Of a DNA stretch of 24,000 nt, positions 18,417 to 24,000 are shown piece after piece. The DNA is from Mollicutes bacterium SLUWU-24 (GTDB lineage: Bacteria > Bacillota_I > Bacilli_A > UBA3375). Numbering within the stretch: the first letter of the stretch is position 1; every line of letters begins with the position of its first letter. A program made the position numbers and the translations under genes. The notes under the pieces were generated by a model, which worked only from the letters and a program-made list of their open reading frames with translations, was not told the DNA's origin and did no database searches. The stretch is taken from positions 136,515 to 160,514 of the forward strand of contig JBLYTW010000002.1 in assembly GCA_049070185.1 (NCBI GenBank), given 5' to 3'.

Positions 18417-19289
18417 TTATTTAATTCGTTCTTGCAAATATTTATAAAAATCATCTTTTACATCTTCACGTTCTAAGGCAAAATCAACTGTTGCTTTTAA
18501 AAATCCTAATTTATCTCCAATGTCGTGACGTTGTCCCTCAAAAGTACAAGCATATACATCTTCTTCTATCATCATTCTTTTAACGGCATCAGTAAGTTGA
18601 ATTTCGTTTCCTGCCCCTTCACTTTGGGTTTTTAAGTATTTGAAAATTGTCGGCGTTAAAATATAACGTCCTAATACGGCACGATTACTTGGTGCTTCCT
18701 CTTGATTTGGTTTTTCGACAAAATCAGTCATTTTTTCAATTGACGTTTCATTTTTTTCCAAACTAACAATTCCGTATTTATCAACTTGGCTCATTTCGAC
18801 TTCTTGAACACCCATAATTGATGTCCCTGTTTGTTCATATGCGTCAACTAATTGCTTAATTGCTGGTGTTTCGCCTACTACCACATCATCACCAAGTAAA
18901 ACAGCAAAAGGTTCATTACCGATAAAGCTCTCAGCACAACAAATTGCGTGTCCAAGCCCTTTAGCTTCTTTTTGACGAATGTAGTGAATGTTAGCCATAT
19001 CACTAATGTTATGAATCTCATCTAAAAAATCTAATTTATTTTTTTTACGTAATAAATTTTCTAATGTTGGTGAATAATCAAAATGATCTTCAATTGCTCG
19101 CTTATTTGAGTGTGATGCCGTAACAAAAATTATATCTTCAATTCCACTTTTGACTGCTTCTTCAACAATATACTGAATTGTTGGCTTATCGACAATTGGT
19201 AACATTTCTTTTGGCATTGCTTTAGTAAATGGTAAAAATCTTGTACCAAATCCTGCAACTGGAATAACCGCTTTTTTTACTTGTTTCAT
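18417..19289 (-). CDS. galU: UTP--glucose-1-phosphate uridylyltransferase
   Basis: [40 protein letters not shown] is the canonical GalU/GtaB N-terminus. I prefer ATG 19289 (GGGGAG RBS 4 nt upstream) over the track's GTG 19301. Confidence 0.92.
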   Translation of the reverse strand: MKQVKKAVIPVAGFGTRFLPFTKAMPKEMLPIVDKPTIQYIVEEAVKSGIEDIIFVTASHSNKRAIEDHFDYSPTLENLLRKKNKLDFLDEIHNISDMANIHYIRQKEAKGLGHAICCAESFIGNEPFAVLLGDDVVVGETPAIKQLVDAYEQTGTSIMGVQEVEMSQVDKYGIVSLEKNETSIEKMTDFVEKPNQEEAPSNRAVLGRYILTPTIFKYLKTQSEGAGNEIQLTDAVKRMMIEEDVYACTFEGQRHDIGDKLGFLKATVDFALEREDVKDDFYKYLQERIK

Positions 19290-19353
19290 TATACTCCCCA
19301 CTTAAAATATAGCATATAAATTACTTATCAGTAATTCGTGCACTTAATCTTAA

Positions 19354-20931
19354 TTACTTTTGTTTATTTTTAATTGTTTTTACTAAATTAACAAATAATG
19401 GATTTGGGTCCGTTAATTTTGATGTTAATTCTGGATGATATTGTACTGCAATAAAGAAATCATTTGTTGGTAATTCAATAATCTCAACTAAATCTTGCAT
19501 TGGATTAATCCCACTAAATACTAATCCATGTTTACTTAATGCTTCACGATACTCACCATTAAATTCATAACGATGACGATGACGTTCTAGAACTAAATCT
19601 TGACCATAAATTTCATGAGCAAGTGTATTTGGTTGTAATGCACACTCATATGCTCCTAAACGTTGTGTTCCACCAAGATTACTTAAATCTTGTCCTTCTA
19701 ATAAGTGAATAATTTGATTTTTTGCTTCTGGTTCTATTTCTCCATGAGCAACATCTAATTTACAGACATTTTTGGCAAATTCAACTGCTGTTAATTGCAT
19801 TCCTAAACAAATCCCTAACATTGGAACATTATTTTCACGGGCATAAGTAATTGCTTTTAATTTTCCTTCGATTCCACTTGAACCAAATCCTCCAGGAATA
19901 ATTAAACCATCACATGCTTCTAATTCACTCATTTCATAATCTTGAGCAGCAATTAACTTGATTTTAACTTTAATTTCGTTAGCAATTCCCGCATGTTTTA
20001 AACTTTCAATGATTGACATATATGAATCTTCAAGTGCAGTATATTTTCCGACAATTCCGACAGTTACTTGTCCTTCACTATGGTATAAACGCTCAACAAC
20101 TGTATTTAACTTTGAGTGAGTTGAAGCCTTTAAATTGAATCCAAAATGTTCTGCAATTAATTGATCAACTTTTTGTTCTTTCATTTTAAGTGGTACTTCA
20201 TAAACACTTGGTAAGTCAACAGATTCAATAACATTTTCGTTTGGAACGTTACAGAACATTGAAATCTTTTCACGTTCTTTACTTGTTAAGGCAATTTCAT
20301 TTCGTGTAACAATCATATTAGGACGAATTCCAAGACCTTGTAATTCTTTTACTGAATGTTGAACTGGTTTAGTTTTCAACTCTTTACTTACACGTAAGTA
20401 TGGTAAATACGCTCCGTGAATTAAATACGTATCTTCTTCTAATTGTAATTGACGAATTGCTTCTAAATATGGTAATGATTCAATATCACCAACTGTTCCA
20501 CCTACTTCAACAAATAATACATCGTATCCTTTTGTATTATCTAAAATTTTCGCTTTTATTTCATTAGTAATATGTGGTACAACTTGTACTGTTTTTCCTA
20601 AATAAAATCCTTCACGTTCTTTACGTAGTACTTCTGAGTACACACGTCCTGATGTTAATGAAGATGTTGCATTTAAATTTTGACCAATAAAACGCTCATA
20701 GTGTCCAATATCTAAATCTGTTTCTCCTCCATCATGAGTTACAAATACCTCTCCGTGTTCAATTGGTGACATTGTTCCCGGATCAATATTTAAATAAGGA
20801 TCACATTTCATCATATTAATTTCTAATCCTTGATCTTTAAATAAACGAGCAACACTTGCAGCGATAATTCCTTTTCCTAAAGAAGAAATAACTCCCCCTG
20901 TTACAAATATAATTTTTCCTTGTTTTTGCAT
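19354..20931 (-). CDS. pyrG: CTP synthase
   Basis: 525 aa. The N-terminal synthetase motif is FVTGGVISSLGKGI. The C-terminal glutamine amidotransferase has GICLGMQ and HRHRYE. Confidence 0.96.
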   Translation of the reverse strand: MQKQGKIIFVTGGVISSLGKGIIAASVARLFKDQGLEINMMKCDPYLNIDPGTMSPIEHGEVFVTHDGGETDLDIGHYERFIGQNLNATSSLTSGRVYSEVLRKEREGFYLGKTVQVVPHITNEIKAKILDNTKGYDVLFVEVGGTVGDIESLPYLEAIRQLQLEEDTYLIHGAYLPYLRVSKELKTKPVQHSVKELQGLGIRPNMIVTRNEIALTSKEREKISMFCNVPNENVIESVDLPSVYEVPLKMKEQKVDQLIAEHFGFNLKASTHSKLNTVVERLYHSEGQVTVGIVGKYTALEDSYMSIIESLKHAGIANEIKVKIKLIAAQDYEMSELEACDGLIIPGGFGSSGIEGKLKAITYARENNVPMLGICLGMQLTAVEFAKNVCKLDVAHGEIEPEAKNQIIHLLEGQDLSNLGGTQRLGAYECALQPNTLAHEIYGQDLVLERHRHRYEFNGEYREALSKHGLVFSGINPMQDLVEIIELPTNDFFIAVQYHPELTSKLTDPNPLFVNLVKTIKNKQK

Positions 20932-20940
20932 AAATTCCTC

Positions 20941-21396
20941 CTAATAGCGATTTTTTAATTTTAACGCTTTTTCAATTTCTCTTTTTTGTGTTTTAGTTTT
21001 TAAATCGTTACGCTTATCGTAATTTTTCTTTCCCCGAGCTAAAGCAATTTCTAATTTAACACGATTATTTTTAAAGTACATTCGTACTGGTACAATCGTA
21101 TATCCTTTTTCATTAACTTCACTACTTAAACGATTAATTTCGCGTTTATGTAACAATAAACGACGCATTCTCCGCTCATCAATATTTTGGATTTTATGAG
21201 CATTGTCATATTTTTTTATATACATATTATATATATATATTTCTCTTTTTGGCGTTATTTTAATAAAACTTTCAGTTAAACTAACGTCTTTTTTGCGAAT
21301 TGACTTTATTTCGCTTCCGAGTAGTTCGATTCCCGCCTCGATTTTTTTTTCGACGTGATAATCGTGATTTATCTTTTTGTTTTTGATTATTGTCAT
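20941..21396 (-). CDS. smpB: SsrA-binding protein SmpB
   Basis: From ATG 21396 (AAGGAG RBS 5 nt upstream) the ORF is 151 aa: MTIIKNKKINHDYHVEKKIEAGIELLGSEIKSIR...LLLHKREI...GYTIVPVRMYFKNNRVKLEIALARGKK.YDKR. It is collinear with B. subtilis SmpB. The track's 22-codon extension is rejected. Confidence 0.92.
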   Translation of the reverse strand: MTIIKNKKINHDYHVEKKIEAGIELLGSEIKSIRKKDVSLTESFIKITPKREIYIYNMYIKKYDNAHKIQNIDERRMRRLLLHKREINRLSSEVNEKGYTIVPVRMYFKNNRVKLEIALARGKKNYDKRNDLKTKTQKREIEKALKLKNRY

Positions 21397-23467
21397 TACT
21401 TCTCCTTTTAATGGTCGTAAAATCAACAGGTTCAAATTCAACAAGTCCGCGATGATAATCAATTGCTGTTAATTTAACCTCAATTTTATCACCAATTGTT
21501 AACATTCGATTTTCACTAAATAAAATTTTATAATTTACTGCTTTATTGAATTCTTTAATCGTATTGAAACGAATTAAACCACGTACAGTATTTTCTAATT
21601 CAACAAAGAATCCATAATCAGTAATACTTGCCACAACTCCGACAAACTGTTGATTAACAAATTGTTTCATGTATTCAGCTTTTTTCATGTCTTCAATTAA
21701 ATATTCAGCTTTACTTGCTTTTACTTCTTTTTCCGAGCAATGTAATGCCTGTAATTTCAATTTATTAACATCTTCAGCATTAAAACTTTGCTGATTATCA
21801 AACAAATATTCACGCAGTTTACGATGCACAATCAAATCCGGATAACGACGAATTGGTGATGTAAAATGTGTATAGTATTTAGAAGCTAATCCAAAGTGTT
21901 CATGATTCACTTCTAAATATTTAGCTTTTGATAAAGAACGAACGATTAAATCAGAAACAATTCGTTTATTAATTGGATCCTCAATTTGATCCAGAGCTTG
22001 TTTAAATACTTGAGGATGAAATTCTCCATTCGGTAATTTAACATGTACCCCTAGAACTTGAAACATAAGTAATACATCTTTTAATTTTCGTGGATTTGGC
22101 TTATCATGAATTCGGTAGATAAATGGTAATTCCATCCAGAAAATTGTTTCAGCAACGGTTTCATTTGCTACAATCATAAATTCTTCAATTAAGCGTTCGG
22201 CATCTAAACGGACAAATGGTTTAATATCCGTAATTTTCCCTTCATCATTAACCGTAAATTTTGCATCTTTATCTTCTAAATTAAATGATCCACGTGCTAA
22301 ACGTTTTTTATTTAAAATTTTACGTAATTGATTCATCGTTTTTAAGACACCATAAATTTCAGCATGCTCGGCAATTACTTCTGGATCATTTTCTATTAAC
22401 ATTTGATTAACCGTATTATACGTTAAACGATATTTTGAATTAATAATACTTGGATAAATTTTACTTTCGATTACTTGTCCATGATTATCAATTAACATCT
22501 CACAACTAATTGTTAATCGATCAACATTTGGATGTAATGAACAAATTCCATTTGATAATTTTTTCGGTAACATTGGCACAACACGATCAACAAAATAAAC
22601 ACTTGTTGCTCGACTTTGAGCATCTAAATCAAGTGGCGTATTTTCCACTACATAATGCGAAACATCAGCAATAGAAACTGTTAATCGATATCCATTAGCT
22701 TCTTTTATTAAATGGATTGCATCATCTAAATCTTTTGAATCAGCACCGTCAATAGTCATTACCAATTCATCACGTAAATCAACTCGTCCTGTTATTTCTG
22801 CTACACTTATTTCATTAATTGTTTCAATTTGCTTAATTGTTTCATCACTAAATTCGGTTTCGATTCCGTGATTTGCTAAAACAATTTTCATTTCTTTATC
22901 GGGATCATTTTCATCAGCAACAACTTGAACAAAATCAACAATATATGTATTATCAATTAAATCAACAATTTTGAATTGAACAATTTGTCGTTCATTAAAT
23001 AAATTTTGTTGTTGCTTATCAGCTAATAAAATTCGATAGTTGTGAGGATTTTCTCCTAATAATATAATCTTTTTCCGAGCATTTATTCGCGTTAAAATCA
23101 AACTTGGTTCACGTAATAATACATCAATTATTTTAGCTTCACTAGAACTTCCGCGACGAGATGTATCTTCAATCGCAATTACCATGTCATTATTTAAATA
23201 TCCTTTTGTTGAATAAACATAATAATCTGTTTCTCCTAAAATAAAACCAAACTTCTTATCTTTAGTGCTTAATGGACCAACAATAATTTTACTTTGAACA
23301 TTTTTTTTAATTCGTCCACGATTATTAATTCGAATAATTTTATTTAATTCTAAAATTTTAAAGAAATCTTGGACTAATTCATTATCAACAAATTCAGTTA
23401 AATTACTAAAATCATTTTTATTATATTTATTAACTACTTGCTCTAATTCTGTGATTTTTTCTTGCAT
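21281..23467 (-). CDS. rnr: ribonuclease R (RNB exoribonuclease with S1 domain and a basic C-terminal tail)
   Basis: About 728 aa. It has an RNB-domain segment (DGADSKDLDDAIH), HFGLASKYYTHFTSPIRRYPDL, an S1 domain (GVVASITDYGFFVELENTVRGLI) and an Arg/Lys-rich tail. I prefer ATG 23467 (GAGGAG RBS) over the track's TTG 23479. Confidence 0.93.
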   Translation of the reverse strand: MQEKITELEQVVNKYNKNDFSNLTEFVDNELVQDFFKILELNKIIRINNRGRIKKNVQSKIIVGPLSTKDKKFGFILGETDYYVYSTKGYLNNDMVIAIEDTSRRGSSSEAKIIDVLLREPSLILTRINARKKIILLGENPHNYRILLADKQQQNLFNERQIVQFKIVDLIDNTYIVDFVQVVADENDPDKEMKIVLANHGIETEFSDETIKQIETINEISVAEITGRVDLRDELVMTIDGADSKDLDDAIHLIKEANGYRLTVSIADVSHYVVENTPLDLDAQSRATSVYFVDRVVPMLPKKLSNGICSLHPNVDRLTISCEMLIDNHGQVIESKIYPSIINSKYRLTYNTVNQMLIENDPEVIAEHAEIYGVLKTMNQLRKILNKKRLARGSFNLEDKDAKFTVNDEGKITDIKPFVRLDAERLIEEFMIVANETVAETIFWMELPFIYRIHDKPNPRKLKDVLLMFQVLGVHVKLPNGEFHPQVFKQALDQIEDPINKRIVSDLIVRSLSKAKYLEVNHEHFGLASKYYTHFTSPIRRYPDLIVHRKLREYLFDNQQSFNAEDVNKLKLQALHCSEKEVKASKAEYLIEDMKKAEYMKQFVNQQFVGVVASITDYGFFVELENTVRGLIRFNTIKEFNKAVNYKILFSENRMLTIGDKIEVKLTAIDYHRGLVEFEPVDFTTIKRRSNDNNQKQKDKSRLSRRKKNRGGNRTTRKRNKVNSQKRR

Positions 23468-23477
23468 TTCTCTCCTC

Positions 23478-23511
23478 AAAAAAATTTAAGACAACAATCA
23501 CTTGTTGTCTT
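23478..23511 (-). terminator. probable Rho-independent terminator after secG
   Basis: A perfect 10-bp stem AAGACAACAA/TTGTTGTCTT (23488-23511) with loop TCAC lies 8 nt after the secG stop. On the minus strand it is followed by AAATTTTTTT. The 3-nt offset of the T-run lowers confidence. Confidence 0.5.
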
Positions 23512-23519
23512 TTAGATAC

Positions 23520-23753
23520 TTATTTTAGTCCAGCTTGCACTGCACCATATAAAATTGCTGTACCAATAAATAAAATCATAAGTACAATTGTTGAACGATA
23601 TAGGAATAATTCAAATCCACGCTTTTCACGTTTTTCAATATCAGTTGCATCACCCATTAAACCTGTTTTTTGTGATGGCTGTAATAATACAGCTCCGATA
23701 ATCAAAACGGAAAATAGTCCCATTAATCCTTTAATTAGAAAACTAATTGTCAT
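23520..23753 (-). CDS. secG: preprotein translocase subunit SecG
   Basis: 77 aa with two TM segments flanking a Gly/charged loop (LLQPSQKTGLMGD...). Size and the secG-rnr-smpB synteny match Bacillus. The RBS is GGAGG. Confidence 0.85.
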   Translation of the reverse strand: MTISFLIKGLMGLFSVLIIGAVLLQPSQKTGLMGDATDIEKREKRGFELFLYRSTIVLMILFIGTAILYGAVQAGLK

Positions 23754-23775
23754 GCTTCCTCCAATTTCTGTTTGT

Positions 23776-23784
23776 ATTATAACA
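23776..23784 (-). promoter_or_regulatory. candidate extended -10 promoter element for secG
   Basis: The minus strand reads TGtTATAAT about 22 nt upstream of the secG ATG. There is no convincing -35 at 17 nt. Confidence 0.35.
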
Positions 23785-23856
23785 CAATAATTATAATATA
23801 TTACTTTTTTCTCTTCACATCAATAACCATATTGTATCATAATCTGTCAATAATTG

Positions 23857-24000
23857 TTAATTATTTACGGGACGATTCAATTGATAGAATACATTTTGAT
23901 AATTTCCATAATCAGTAATTATACTATTCATAATTAATAATAGTTCAATTAAATTTTCACTACTTGTAAATAAATAATAAGGTTTTTGTTGAAAATTAAC
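23857..24000 (-). CDS. 3' end of an unidentified protein-coding gene (47 codons plus stop; the rest lies beyond the window end)
   Basis: My minus-strand translation stays open to the window edge: ...VNFQQKPYYLFTSSENLIELLLIMNSIITDYGNYQNVFYQLNRPVNN*, with stop TAA at 23857-23859. It is too short to identify and is absent from the ORF track. Confidence 0.3.
   Translation of the reverse strand, partial: VNFQQKPYYLFTSSENLIELLLIMNSIITDYGNYQNVFYQLNRPVNN

Noticed and set aside
19319-19336. A small hairpin (AATTACT tatc AGTAATT) between pyrG and galU, considered as a terminator.
   Set aside because: The 7-bp stem is almost all A-T and has no adjoining T-run on the minus strand. It is more likely read through, or part of a weak internal promoter region (TTACTG-17-TATATT).
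20932-20940. I expected a tmRNA (ssrA) gene downstream of smpB, as in the Bacillus secG-rnr-smpB-ssrA arrangement.
   Set aside because: Only 9 nt separate the smpB stop from the pyrG start, and pyrG fills the next 1.6 kb. No intergenic space in the window is large enough or shows a tRNA-like acceptor end, so ssrA must be elsewhere.
21342-21350. An A9 homopolymer (minus strand) considered as a programmed frameshift or pseudogene-forming site in rnr or smpB.
   Set aside because: Both reading frames are intact across the tract and give family-consistent sequence: SmpB ...HVEKKIEAGIEL..., RNase R basic tail. No frameshift is needed to explain either gene. It is kept only as a note within the overlap finding.

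Overview
This is an AT-rich (roughly 30% G+C by eye), very tightly packed chromosomal segment from a low-GC monoderm bacterium, Bacillota or Acholeplasma/Erysipelotrichia-like. It uses the standard genetic code: all housekeeping ORFs are intact, Trp is TGG, and there is no in-frame TGA. I count 27 coding regions, 26 of them on the minus strand. Hairpin/T-run terminators and gene spacing suggest these transcription units, read in minus-strand order: secG | rnr-smpB-pyrG-galU-nfo | heliorhodopsin-SDR | glpX-gpsA-purA-tagD | purB-hpt | ABC exporter ATPase-permease | DUF948-YtxH-like | LacI-like-tyrS-cdd-era-dxs-tlyA-recN. Nearly everything is core housekeeping: translation and RNA quality control, purine salvage, CTP/UDP-glucose/CDP-glycerol supply, the MEP pathway entry step, and DNA repair. 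The only accessory-looking part lies at about 14.75-17.5 kb and is bracketed by terminators. It holds a heliorhodopsin with all retinal-pocket residues intact and an SDR oxidoreductase 42 nt downstream of it. It also holds the only plus-strand gene, a divergent lipoprotein with an 11-copy 18-bp in-frame tandem repeat, and an 11-bp perfect inverted repeat in the shared control region. I found no tRNA/rRNA genes, CRISPR arrays, transposases, integrases or recognisable defence genes. I cannot support a large novel multi-gene system. The heliorhodopsin module is the best candidate for something functionally uncharacterised.
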